A stretch of 64,000 nucleotides of DNA from Eledone cirrhosa (taxonomy: Eukaryota): contig OZ024742.1 in assembly GCA_964016885.1 (NCBI GenBank), forward strand, positions 197,656,001 to 197,720,000, in the 5' to 3' direction. This document shows, piece by piece, positions 13,026 through 26,176 of this stretch (position 1 is the first letter of the stretch; every line of letters begins with the position of its first letter). A program made the translations under genes and the position numbers. Below the pieces are notes generated by a model. The model did not search any database, was not told the DNA's origin, and saw only the letters and a list, made by a program, of their open reading frames with translations.

Positions 13026-13330
13026 GTGTTCATACATGGACCAAAGGCACTACCCAAGGTTTCAAGGCCCAAATTTGACCATAGCTCTAGAAAACAAGAG
13101 GCATCAAAATAGTGACCTTTCTTTAGGCGCTAATACGTATTTATATATACCATTAAAAGTCTCATAAACTCATATTTAGTACCTGTAGAAAAGTCGCTAT
13201 TTTGACACCTCTTCTTTTCTGGAGATATGGTCAACATTGGACCCTGAAACCTTGGGTAGTGCTTTTGTACTGTGTATGAACATAAATAAATAAATATATT
13301 TCTGCTCTCTTCCCAATTGAGCACTATTTT
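13026..13330. repeat. Imperfect inverted-repeat element (arms ~13026-13104 / 13186-13283); related single arm at ~39320-39420
   Basis: ggcactacccaaggtttc...aagaggcatcaaaatagtgac vs gtcgctattttgacacctctt...gaaaccttgggtagtgc. Contains the hammerhead-like 3' half GAAACcttggGTA. Confidence 0.65.
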
Positions 13331-15519
13331 TCACATCTATGGATATTACTACATTATATATCACACACACTTATCAACTTTTTCTGTTTCAGGGGTATTT
13401 TACCCGATTTTCCCAACTATTTATAGTGATCAACTTATTACAGTCATTTTCTGTACTGAGATGCTCACATTTTCATGTGTGCATATATATATCTTGTTTA
13501 AATCTTGCTAGCTGGGAAGAAAGCGGATCTAAAGAATAAATATACATATAATACACACAACCATTGTAGTAAAAAAGATGACACAAGCTTAATCTTAACA
13601 TAAAAAAATTGAAGTATCTTTAACTTATTTTTTTAGAAATGAAAAATAGTATATAATATATATAATAAAGTAATGCAAGAAAAAAAAATAGATTTAGAAG
13701 CAGAATGAGTCTTTGATCAGATATGTCAGGAAATGAGTTTTTGATAAAATATTACACAGTAATTAGTTGAGAGGAGTTGTGAGACTATTCAAAGAAAGAA
13801 GGCACTTCTTTTGTCTTCTTCTCATAGATGGCTTTAATGTCAGAAGTATTTTGAGTATATGGAGAACAAATGAAGTAACATTGTTTTCTGATAACAATAA
13901 GTAGAGAAATATATATATATATGGGTAAAAAAGGAGAATTAATTAGAGTTACTTCCCGTAGGCATAATAAATAGAAGAGACTTGTGTTTCTCACTCTTAT
14001 TCGCTGCTGGCCTCATTCTGACGAGCAGCTCTCTATATCTTCTTTCTTATTGAATTAGTGGTTGGTTACCAGCGGTATCTTCCAGAGAAGATTAAACCAA
14101 CAAACCAATTTGCTAAATATACATAATATATATATATATATATATTTCTTTTTCAATCATACAACCATTCTAATGCTCCTTTTGTGACTAGACCATATTT
14201 CTAAAGAAATTCACTTCAATTAAAGAAGAATTTTGAGGGATTTACTAAAATTATTAGATGTTTTCAAGATATATTACCGGAACAAAGGAACATGTTTTTT
14301 TATAACAATAAGATAGAAAAAAATAACTTTTCCTCCTTTTCATTCTGTGTATATTAACCCTTTCATGGCTATATTTGTAATGAAATACATTCAATTTTAA
14401 TTTATTAATGAGGCATTTTAAAGGATTTGCAAATATTACTATTACATTAAGATAGTAACTGATATAGTTCTTAAATAGGAACATTTATTCAGAAGATCCC
14501 TAAAAACATTCCATAATAGATATTAACTCTCTGAGAACTCAAAACAGTCTGGTGTGTGTTTTTTCTCCCTCATGGTTCCAAACCAGACAGCCATGCCTGC
14601 ACCTCTGAAATACATCTATAATTGCTATAATTCCAGCAAGTGTTAGTACTTATATATAGATTTACAAGATCCCCACATTTCCGTAAGAAATATTAAACTG
14701 AGTACCAAAGGTGTCCTGGCTCAACTTTTACCTCCAATGCCCTTCTGTACCAGAGACATAATTGTACATCTTTCATCTTTAACTCCCAGTCAACTAAAGA
14801 TGTACTGGTACATCTTTTATCTCCAGCTCCCTGTGTACTAAACACATAATTGTACATTTTTTACTGTATACTCATATCTTGTATACCAAAAATATATTGG
14901 TATATTTTTAACCCTTTTGATACAAATCTGCCAGAAACCAGCCCCGATTCTATGATACAATATCATTCGTTTAAAAATGTTATTATATATATATATATAT
15001 ATAAAAATTTAAAATATTCCAATATTTGAAAGTATTTTTGCTTTTGGGGGAAGCTGCCAGCATGCAGAGAACTATAATTAATTGGATAAATCAGGTAAAA
15101 TACCTCTGATGATGGCAAGAAGACAGAAAGCCTTGTAAGGATGAATCCATGCTCCTGCCATAAGTTAGACAGGCACATTTAACCATTACACCAAATCACA
15201 TCTAGCCATTAAATAGTTTTTTAGAAGCATTATTTGATAAAATAAAGCATCAGTAATGTACTGGGGTAATTGCTGGCCTTGTGCCAAAAATAGAAACAAT
15301 TATTGATAAGCTAAACATTTATACAACATTTAGCGATTTTTATGTGAAAACCTTTCATTAAATTATGCACCAAACACTGGTTTAACCTTCTGGACGCTCA
15401 AGGCGCATTAGGTTGCCAATAGAGTAATCTCCCCTTAATACGTAATTCAGTGTCAAGGGAAGCAATTCATAAAATTCAGCATGCTAAAGTTTAATATACT
15501 AATTAATCACCTTTGTAAA

Positions 15520-15873
15520 TTTCATGTGTCTAACACCCTTGCACATACCTACAAAGTCAGAAAACAGCACAGCTCCCATGACTTTCGGAAATATCTTTTT
15601 ACACTCAGAGATACTAAAGCATGGAATAAACTACCTGTATTAGTTGTTAGCTGTCGGGACACTGCATCCTTCAAAACTTCCATGCTTCCCAAAATTCGCC
15701 ATCACTACACCAGATATTTCCCCTCCATACACACACATGCATGTATCTGTGTGTATATCATGACTCGTACACTGTTCACTTTCCTGACTTTTGTACATTA
15801 TTCTATGTACTATACATACACCTTTGATGAGTTGTAGTGCACCTGAGCACTGAACACAATAATTTTTATTATT
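15520..15873 (+). mobile_element. CR1/L2-like LINE 3' end; tail copies at ~1940-2060 (-) and ~52235-52290 (-)
   Basis: HTYKVRK..DFRKYLFTLR..AWNKLP..VVS..SFK C-terminal motif and the tail gatgagttgtagtgcacctgagcac..aataatt. Confidence 0.75.
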
Positions 15874-16303
15874 TTATATTTTACAAAATACCTTCAAATT
15901 GTTGATTATTTTCAAGATTAATTGGAATTTAGAATTGTGTGTTTCGTTAAAAATATGGTTATGAAAGGGTTAATTTAGTTTGTGAAACACAGGTCCAGAC
16001 AAAGTAAATAAAGCAAATTAGATCAAAATATCTATTATTTTATTTTATATTTAACAATGTTTTTTTGGAAAAAAAAAAGCAAAAGTTAATGAGATGTGTA
16101 ATCCAAGCCTGGGACAGAAAATGCCAAAAAATGAGACTGGCACTTGAAGAGTTAATTAGTAAGTCATGTTCAATTAAACATAGGATGCTTTGGGAATCAC
16201 TCACTATACCAATCTGAATCAAGTAGTTGAAGTAGTAGTAGTAGACTTATCAATTTTTTTTAATTGGGACAAAAACAATAGTAGCAGCAGCAGTATTAAT
16301 TAA

Positions 16304-16559
16304 CCCTTTCCTTACCATATTTCTAATGAAAGACAATGCCTATGAATTTTAAATTATATTGAAAATAATCAAGAAATTGGAGGGATTTAATGATAGAACT
16401 AACTTTCTCATTATTAAGCTGGTGTTTAGAACATAAATTAAGAAGGTTTTTACATTAAATTATGATGGAAGGTTTTTAGATAGATATATAAACACTTTAA
16501 AATATAACTTTGCATCAAAGAGCCAGGGGTGAGTTTTAGGTGGTTTGGTATCAAAAGGG
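16304..16559. mobile_element. Second TTAA/CCCTTT MITE family (~260 bp, AT-rich); partial and tandem copies at ~815-1010, 1440-1730, 14355-14500, 14910-15030, 26520-26760, 29700-30220, 36310-36680, 51040-51970, 59075-59300, 60580-60725
   Basis: ttaa|ccctttccttaccatatttctaatg ... ggtatcaaaaggg, with the recurrent core aataatcaagaa..ggagggatttagtgatataactaactttctcattattaagctggtgtt. Confidence 0.65.
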
Positions 16560-16827
16560 CTAAATATTTAATGAGAACCAACAAAAAAAGTGTATATTAT
16601 TATTATCACTATTATTATTATTTATGGTGCTCAAAAAGCATATTTTTCAAGGAGACTCACAGATACTTGATTTTCTAGAGTGAATATTAATTTATTGTGT
16701 AATAGTTACCTTATATTTGTACAAATGATATAATATAAAAGCTTGAAAATATACCTTTGTACTGTATTAAAGCACTTGTACAAATGTAAGGTAAATCATC
16801 ATAATATAAATTATATAAATATGTATA

Positions 16828-17519
16828 TGTATAAAAAGATGTAGGGCGCTCAACATTGATGGAATGGAAGCTATGGAGTAGGAAGACTTGGGATGAGGTG
16901 ATAAAAGTGGACCTTGCAAAATTGCACCTCTTAAAGGCGATGACACATGATCGAGATGTCTGGCGTTATGCATTAATGCAGAAGACTCGCCTTCCCATGT
17001 GTACGGGTTGAAGCATACATCTAGTATGCACTACTTTCCCTTACCTCCCCCTCCCCTTCCATACACCTTACACGCCCTAACACCCCCACCCTTCTATTAT
17101 ATCTACCTCACCAATCCCCATGCACCACCCCTACCCCAGTCCACATTGTAAAGTGGTCGTTTTGGTGCCATGACAAAAAGTACCCTATCCACACAGTAAA
17201 GTGATCATGTGGGTGTCATGACAAAAAGCACCCAGTGCACATCGTAAAGTGATCGTGTAGATGTCATGACAAAAAGCACCCAGTCCACACTGTAAAGTGA
17301 TCGTTTTGGTGTCATGACAAAAAGCACCCTGTCCACACAGTAAAGTGGTCATTTTGGTGTCACGATAAAAAGCACCCAGTGCACACTGTAAATGTGGTTG
17401 GTGTTAGGAAAGGCATCCAATTGTAGAAACCAAGCCAAAATCAGTTCTGTATGAGCAAGACATGGTCACCAGATCTGGCTAGTGTGGAAAAATGGACGTT
17501 AAACAGTGGTGATGATGAT
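16828..17519 (+). mobile_element. Degenerate RTE LINE 3' end (C-terminal codons plus 3'UTR with ~5 tandem 48-bp units)
   Basis: CIKRCRAL..DG..., TWDEVI remnants, aaaagcacccagtccacactgtaaagtg units and a ggacgttaaac..gatgatg tail. Confidence 0.85.
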
Positions 17520-18663
17520 ATGTATGTATATATATATATCAATGGATAGTAGCTTGTTTTTTTATAGGTTGTCTGCATTTTTTCCTCAAGGGAGAGAACT
17601 TGCTGGCAAAACTAACTCTTTACTTAAAAAAAAAAAACCATATTAAATAGATTATATAAACAGTACCATTAAAACCAAGAAAAATGATGAGCAAAGCAGG
17701 CATAAATACAGGTTAATTCTTTCCTAATCTTATTTCTAATTAAATACAGACTATTTCAATTAATTAATGAAGAATTTGGATGGACTTGCTAAATTTATTA
17801 ATTATTTCATTACTATGATAGTAACTTAATATATAGTTAGTTCCTAATTCAAAATTGTGTTGGAAGATTTTAATGGGTGGTTTTCTTTCATAGAACCAGA
17901 ACTAGCTTTTGTCAGGTTGGTATTAAAAGAATTAATATCATATGAGGATTAGTTTTGCAAAATACCTGATATTATTATTATCATTATTTGTAGTGGTGTT
18001 GGTGTTGATATGGGTATTGCTGAAGTATAGTAGTAATAATGATGAAGATAATATCTTTAAGGGTTCTCTGATATCAGAAGTGGGCTATAAACTGGGAGAG
18101 ACAGAACTGGGCGGAGGGGCTAAAAACATCCCCCTCACTAAAAAAAAAAACATTCTTTAAAAGAAATGATGTAAAAGTTAAGATGTTTATGTAGTACATA
18201 GTTTTTTATAGTTATTGTTTTTTGTAATGCAGTCTCGTTCATGCTGATGTCTGTTTTCATTGGTTTACACATTTAATTCTGTGTGGAATATTATTTTTTG
18301 TTTATCCAAACTTGAAGAGGGAACAAAAAGAAAACATGCATTTAGACCTCAATTTAGTTATGTCCAATAATAGGGGGGAGGGGTAGTGATGTGGTGGCAT
18401 GCATGTATGTACAAGATTAAAAGATAATAAAGGGAAGGAGAGGAGGACAGCAGAGTAGATCAACTACATGCAGTCAAAATGTCAATATATATATATATAA
18501 ATACATATACATATATAGACACACACACACGTCTGTGAACGTGTGTCTGTATATATATATATACAAATTTTTATATACATTTATGTATGTGAACATACAT
18601 ATAAAATTATATGCACATATATGTATATATATATATACATACATACACATCCACACATACATA

Positions 18664-18708
<45 letters not shown>

Positions 18709-19317
18709 ATGTGTATATTTGGATGTGTGTAATCTTCAAAATAGGCTAAGTGATATCAGAACTGAAATCAGGCTGGTTTTCTCCCTCTTCATATTAAGTT
18801 AGATTTTATCATTGTTATTGTTGTACTTCTGATGGTGTTCTAGTAATTAGATCATGAGAACAATCTGCTTGTGAAATTAACTTGCAAGTGGTTGAGTATT
18901 CCTCAGACACAGATACCCTTAATGTAGTTCACAGAGAGGTTCAGCATCACACAGCATATGACATGGTTGGCCCTTTGAATTACAGGTAAATTCTATTATA
19001 ATGTATGTGGCTGAGTATTCCAAAGACACATGTACCCTTAACATAGTTCTCAGGGAGATTCAGCATAACAGATTGTGACAAGACTGGCCTTTTCAAAATA
19101 TAGGTACAACTCATTTTTTCCACCTGTGTGGACAGGAGCAATGCAAAATAAAGCAACTTGCTCAAGGACACAATATGGTGACAGGAATCTAACTCATGAC
19201 CTTATCGTGAGCCAAACACCCTAACCACTAAGCCACACGTCTTCACATTATCATTATTAATATTATCATCATTATTACTATCAATAAATATTTATAATAA
19301 TAATGATAATGATGATG

Positions 19318-19357
<40 letters not shown>

Positions 19358-19622
19358 CAACAATAACAAGAACAACAGCAATAAAGACATAAATTTTGGG
19401 ATTAATTCAATGAGAAAAAGGTATGTCGGCAACCAGGGAACTCCTATGAGTAAAAAGTTGGATGAGGGGATAGTGTAGGCAGTGAGACAGAGACAGACAG
19501 AGGAGAGGATCGTGGTGGTAATTGTTACATTGAAGTTGGTGGTGGTGGTGGTGGTGGAGTAGGACATCATTTTTCTCTCCTTTACTTTCTTTTCTCAGCA
19601 GAGTGGTGGTGGTGGTGGTTTC

Positions 19623-19668
<46 letters not shown>

Positions 19669-20312
19669 TATATTCCTTTTAAAAAACAGTCTTTCTTAGA
19701 TATTTTCCAAATAGATCTTCATGTCTTTATACATATATATATATATATATATATACATATATATACATACACACTCAATTACTTGTTCCAGCCTCATGTA
19801 ACAACGATATATATATATTTTTTTTAAAGAAATAAAATATTTGTTTCAACAACGTGGATGAAGAAGGCTTGAGTAGTTTGGAGTGAGTGTACATATGTGT
19901 ATATATATAAATAAATAAATATATATATGTGTGTGTGTATGTATGACTGTTTGTGTGTATAATAGTTTTGGAGGCAAAAACAAAAGGTGTAGGTTTAGAA
20001 ATAATAAAACAAGCAAGGGGTAGGGGAACACTTCAGTCAAGGCAGTTGTAGAACACTTCAAAAAAACACTGCCACATATAGATTTGAATAAATTTGAATA
20101 ATTAAAAGATGATGAAAAAATGGGTTCAGTTCCAAGCCACAGCAGCAACAACAAAAGTTTCTGTACGTGTGTATGTATGTATATATATGTGTATGTGCAT
20201 GTATATATGAATAGATGTATGTAAATATGTGTACATATATGCATGCATATGTGCGCATGCAAGCAGTAATTTTCATTTGGTATTCCTCATTATATGTGTG
20301 TGTGTTCCTTTG

Positions 20313-20350
<38 letters not shown>

Positions 20351-20441
20351 CAAAGGAAATGTGGTAAGGAACCAGATGGACCATAACGCACCAAAGTACT
20401 CAATACTTAGGGTAGTAGAGTGGGTAATAGGAACGAGTAGG

Positions 20442-20537
20442 ACCCCGACGGCTGGGCTCAAGCCGTTTCGACGGCTAATTCTGGACTAAATGAAAATTTT
20501 TATCCTGTTAAATGAATAGCCGAACTTCTCAGGGGGT
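20442..20537 (-). ncRNA. Type I hammerhead-ribozyme-like motif in Penelope pLTR (variant core CUGAGAA)
   Basis: Stem I ACCCC/GGGGU; CUGAGAAG; stem II CGGCUA/UAGCCG with a long loop; GAAAC; stem III ACGGCU/AGCCGU; cleavage triplet GUC. Confidence 0.65.
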
Positions 20538-22617
20538 AATTCCATATATGGTAAAAGTGATTGTCACAAGGATGGGTCAAAAGTTTGTTGTTGAGACACA
20601 TGATTCTATCATGGCATTTTGTGGAAGGTAGGGGTAGCTGAACTTGCCAGTAGAAGAAAGCGGGAGAGGGAGTGGAGGAAACCCAGTCGAGCGTTGAAAG
20701 TGACAACTACAGCAGATTCAAAGGACAGGAGGTTGAAAGAAGTATACTAGAGAAGGGGAGGGGGGAGGAAGTCGAAACAATAAATAAATCTATATGGACA
20801 ACTTCAAGTGGATAAAGAGAACTCCCGACTCCTCCTTCGACGTCAGTATGGGCGCAACGGATTCGGCTGAGGTCACAGATCTTATAGATTATTCCTACTA
20901 GTTAAACTCACCGATATGTTTCCTGCATTCAGCGGTGGATTGTACCGTGATGATGGGCTCCTTACCCTTAAAGGGTACAACCCCAGTAGTACAGACCGGG
21001 TCCGTAAACAATTAATCAGCTTCTTCCGTGACTGGGGATTTAAAATAACCCTACATACGTCCCTAACCCGAGTAAACTTCCTGGACGTTACCCTTGACCT
21101 TGATAATGATCTGTACTACCCATACAGGAAACCAAATGACAACCTGCACTACATCCACAGCCGGTCGAACCATTCTAGAAACATCACCAATAACCTGGTT
21201 AAAAACATCTCCCTCCGCATATCCCGTTTGTCCGCTAATGAGCAGATATTCGAGGAACATGCGCCTTATTACAACCAGGCCCTCAAGCGGAGTGGCTTCC
21301 GGGAGGAAATATCCTATTATCCAGCTTCCATTAGCGGAACCAGCAGGCGACACCGCCGCTCACGCAATGTAACATGGTTCAATCCTCCCCACAACGCCGA
21401 GGTGACAACACCTATCGGGAAAATCTTCTTTAGGCTCATCGAAAAACACTTCCCACTACAACATAATCAACAAAACTCTCCTACAGCACCACACCTAACT
21501 TTGCACAAAACATCGTCTCTTCTAACAACAAAAAACTCAACCCCTATGGAAGAAATAACCTAGATAGCAGTGGAGAGCCGACCAGGAGGTGTAACTGTCC
21601 TGATGGATCCATTTGCCCCCTCGACAACAGATGCAGAGATCATAATGTGATCTACCAGTGCAACGTGAGGACGGACACCTCCAACAAAGCTTATATAGGA
21701 TTAACCGCTTGTGACTTCAAGACCCGGCTCTACCAACACAGACATACTTTCCGAAACCCGGCCCGGCGTCACGCCACTACACTTTCGAGCCACATCTGGG
21801 ACCTCAAAGATAACAACATAACCTATAATCTCACTTGGAGCTTATTGTCCAGAGCCAACTCTTACACGGGAGGACACCGTCTGTGTAACTTATGCTCGGA
21901 GGAAACATTACAAATGCTGTTTTTTCTGAATTAATTTTTTGTATTAGTTTTTCATATATATCGTACGAGCATTTATGTAGTTTGTATTAGAATTTATGTA
22001 TTGTAGCAGTACTCATATATATCGTATTAGTATTCATGTTTCGGGATTCTGAATTAATATTTCGTATTAGTTTCGGGACTCTGAATTATTACTTCGTATT
22101 AGTTTTTCTTTTATTCTTTTTTTTTTTAGTATTTTGACCCCCTACTTGTTGACCTGTCATTGTAAGATAGATTTGGCCGATTACTACTAACTCATAAAAC
22201 TTTTTCACTACAATCTCGTATTTAGTATTCCGTCCCACCTATTAAACTTTTTTATAGCTTAGCAGTACCAGTGAGAGATTTGATGATTGTGGAAGGGGAG
22301 TAGTAACCAGAAATTGTGTTTTTTTTTATATTTTTAATATTTTTCTATATATTTACTTCATATAGATTTACTTATTGTTTTGACTTCCTCCCCCCTCCCC
22401 TTCTCTAGTATACTTCTTTCAACTTCCTGTCCTTTGAATCTGCTGTAGTTGTCACTTTCAACGCTTGACTGGGTTTCCTCCACTCCATCTCCCTCTTTCT
22501 TCTACTGGCAAGTTCAGCTACCCCAACCTTCCACAAAATGCCACGATAGAATCATGTGTCTCAACAACAAACTTTTGACCAATCCTTGTGACAATCACTT
22601 TTACCATATATGGAATT

Positions 22618-22713
22618 ACCCCCTGAGAAGTTCGGCTATTCATTTAACAGGATAAACATTTTCATTTAGTCCAGAATTAGCTGTCGAAACGGCTTGAGCC
22701 CAGCCGTCGAGGT
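22618..22713 (+). ncRNA. Second pLTR copy of the hammerhead-like motif
   Basis: CTGAGAAG at 22623-22630, GAAAC at 22686-22690, GTC at 22706-22708. Stem I has one mismatch (GAGGT). Confidence 0.6.
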
Positions 22714-22728
22714 CCTCCTACTCGTTCC

Positions 22729-22770
<42 letters not shown>

Positions 22771-23613
22771 TACATACATGCTCTCATATATGTATATATA
22801 TATATATATATATACATGATGATGATGATGATATATATATATAGATACACACAAATAAATACATATAAATATTTGAATATATATATGAACCGTGTGTGTA
22901 TGTATGTATGTATGTATATATACATATATATACACACACATAAATATACACATGCTTATATATACCTATCATGATAGCTCCGTTGTGAGTTTGGACAATC
23001 GGCAGTCTACAAATAGTGTACGTTTAACATAATTCTCAGGGAGATTCAGCATGGCACACTTAATGACAAGGCTGGACCTTCAAATTAGAGATATATAAAC
23101 TATTTTTATATCATAGTATAAGTGGTTGAGTATTCCCGGTCTGATGTATGTTTAATAAAACTCTCTAGCTGAATCAGCATGACACAGGCTAAACCTTTGG
23201 ATTGTAGGTACAGCTCATATGATAAGGCTTCCATACAGTTTCCGTCTACCCAATTTCACTCACATAGCTTGGGTTGATCCGGGGCTGGTGAGTGAAATTG
23301 GAGCACAACAAAACTATTATTAACACCCATGTGTATGTGTGTTTGTGCATATACAATTTTGATATATATATATTTCCTTTTCCTTGGTACTGGCGAAAAA
23401 TGAGTTACCATGGCAACATGTTATATATCCAGGCAGTTTAGAAGGGGTCACAATTGACTTGAAAGAAGTCACCCCTGGTTCCATAGTATGGTGAGGACCT
23501 ATCAAGAAGAGTTAAGAGTTTGAACCTGTTTTTTTTTTATTTTCAGACCTCACTCTCATTGTTTCCTAATGAACCTATGTGTGTGTGCATGCATACATAC
23601 ACACGTATATATA

Positions 23614-23702
<89 letters not shown>

Positions 23703-24405
23703 CGTGTGTATGTATGCATGCACACACACACACACCTATTGTGTATTTACAAATCTAGGCACAGTGTTGGACTAACGATCATGAGTTCAATTCCTGGATT
23801 AGGTTGTGTGTGCTGTTCTTCAGCAAAACACTTCATTTCATGTTGCTCCAGTATACTCAGCTAAAAATAAGTACCAGCAGTAGCTGGGGGTTTAACCTTG
23901 TGAAGGACTGGCGTTCTGTCCAAGGGGAAGTCTTGTACTTTCTGTCGCTAACGCCACAAAAACCAGGATAAGCACTGGTCTGATAAGCCTTTGGGCTTGA
24001 GACAGACTTTAGACTTTTATATAAACATGCACTTGCATATATATATATATATATGTGCATTGACACGCATTTTTGTGCATGTATGTGTATATATATGTGT
24101 ATACCTATCTCTCTCTCTATATATAGAGAGAGAGAGAGGGAGAGAGAGCGACATAGCCATACACACATATATATATATCTACTTAAATAGATTTGTTCTA
24201 TTTCTTACAATGTGTTCACAATGTTTCAGCAAAATCACGGTATGTTTGCTAGGCTTCATAAGAGATGCAAACATACCATGCTTTTACAAAACACCATGGC
24301 TACATTAAAAAAAAATTGAATAAATCTAATTTATATACCATAATCTGCTTTTTACATTGAGTTCTCTCTCATTTGTGGGCTACTAGGATCACTGTATCAA
24401 AGCCC

Positions 24406-24439
<34 letters not shown>

Positions 24440-25007
24440 CACACACAGCTATGGAGCCTGACTCATGATGGTGTAGGGGAGCTGTCCTGACATATGCCAT
24501 GTCTTGAGCATTTTAAAACCGGGAGGAGCCAATTTCTCACCATGTCTGATCACAGCCAATTTGTTATAGAAACAGAGTGGAGGATTTTTTTTTTGGGGGG
24601 GGGGGGGGAGATCAACACCAGAAGGTGACTGGTTCTTTATCGGCCTCAAAAGAATGAAAGGCATAGTTGACCTTGGTAGGATTTTAACTCAGAATGTAGA
24701 GAGCTCAAATGAATATCGCAAAGCAATTTATCTAACATTTTAATAACTCTGCCACTTCACCGCCTACAAATATGAATGTTAGACCAATGTCGGTTTTGGT
24801 GATAAATATTCCAGTTGTACGAACAACAGAACAACCTATTTGTGTGAAATAAAGAGTCTTGCTTAAAGACACAATGTGTTGCCAGGAATCAAACTTACCA
24901 CTTTACAATTGTAAACTGAATACCCTTAAACACTAAATGACTTCTGGTCTTCTGCCTGTTCGTATTTGTCATTGTTGTGGCTTTACTATGGCCACATACA
25001 CAGTCGA

Positions 25008-25151
25008 TTTATTCTTGATGTCAACCATATATAACTTTGTGTTAACTCAGGGCAAGAAATGTATTAACTTTTCGCACAATTGAGTGCTTTGTGACTGCCT
25101 CAAACAATTTGAATGGTATCTGCAGCTACAACTTCAATTTATACCTAATAT

Positions 25152-25192
<41 letters not shown>

Positions 25193-25964
25193 CACACACA
25201 CACACACATACAACACACATACATACCTATATGTGTGTGTGTGTGTGTAGAAATATATATATTAATACACACACATATACATACATACATATATATAGAC
25301 ACACACATACAATGTGTGATGCTTGTGTGCGCTGATGAAATGGAATGTCTATAGCCATGAGACATGTATTATGAATGTTAAGAATCCAAAAGATGAACGT
25401 AAGCTTTGTACAGTAGAAGCAAAGGGTTGATGGTGGTGGTTGTGGTGGAGGAGGTGGTGGTGGTGGTAGCAGTGTTGCTGCTGCTGCTGTTGTTGATGGT
25501 GGTGGTAGTAGTAGTGGTTGTAGTCATAGTCATGGCAATGGATGTAGTTTGTGATAGAGGAGACACAGCACCCACCAGAATGCATTCTCTTTCCCTCCAC
25601 ACAGGACTCCTCTAGAACTACCATCGTCAGCTCAGGAAAAAATGGGGATGGGGAAAAAAAGAGAAAAATATATATATATTTATATATATATATATATATG
25701 GAATACTGGAGATGTTTGAGCAGCCAAATAAGTTGTTTGTTTATCTTTAAAGATGGGAGCAGGAGGGAAAAGGAGATGGGAAGGAGGGAGGCAGGAGAAA
25801 TATATGTGTATATATATATATTCCTGTCTTGATTTTGTTTTTGTTTTTCTTGACAGGCAAATATTAAATCATGCATCTCGCTTGGCTAATGCAGAACAAC
25901 AAATGTTGATGTCATTTGAAACACCGACTGCATTACATATCAGCCGTCTGCAATGGTGTTGCCT
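25008..25964 (-). other. Probable proximal CRTC 3'UTR (microsatellite-rich) with candidate AATAAA at 25013-25008
   Basis: Non-TE sequence directly downstream of the stop codon, with tttatt on the plus strand at 25008-25013. The true 3' end is unknown. Confidence 0.35.
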
Positions 25965-26176
25965 TCACTGCCGATCGAGTTTGAAAGACTCCTCGGTAGC
26001 AGCGTCAGTAACAAGATTGGGGTCCGTTAACATCTGGACGTCGTCAATGTCCAAGGGTACCAATCCGATTTTCAAAGCTTCTTCTTCTGGTAAGTAATCG
26101 GCGTCAAAGTCATTAAAGCCAGTTATTGCATTACCAAGCTCTCGAGCAAAATCTTGCCTGGACAAGTCATCAGCAC
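25965..26176 (-). CDS. CRTC: CRTC/TORC terminal coding exon (TORC_C transactivation domain)
   Basis: Polypyrimidine acceptor ttctttttatccAG|GT GCT GAT GAC. Translation (G)ADDLSRQDFARELGNAITGFNDFDADYLPEEEALKIGLVPLDIDDVQMLTDPNLVTDAATEESFKLDRQ* closely resembles the vertebrate CRTC1 C-terminus (...[35 protein letters not shown]). TGA at 25967-25965. Confidence 0.92.

Larger units (their letters stand above)
20346..22730 (+). mobile_element. Penelope-like retroelement, 5'-truncated, with inverted pLTR (20427-20797 vs 22358-22730) plus ~80-bp extension, in (TA)n
   Basis: RT motifs FDVSMG, GLYRDDGL, VNFLDVTL, PYRKPN, YIH..SNH, WFNPP; CNC..CPL..C linker; GIY-YIG-type VIYQC..YIGLT..R..QH..F..CNLC. 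It carries frameshifts. The same 68-aa ORF appears on opposite strands (20500-20706 and 22449-22655), confirming the inverted repeat. Confidence 0.92.

Noticed and set aside
18474-25365. Numerous 60-140-aa ORFs rich in YI/CV/HT/ER dipeptides (also at 4670, 29000, 32608-33908, 38332, 39192, 46124, 55272 and elsewhere)
   Set aside because: These are translations of (TA)n, (TG)n and (AG)n microsatellites, which lack stop codons. There is no protein signal.
25349-25876. 175-aa minus-strand ORF with polyH/polyQ downstream of the CRTC stop
   Set aside because: It is composed of microsatellites in the presumptive 3'UTR and is not joined to the CDS by any credible splice.
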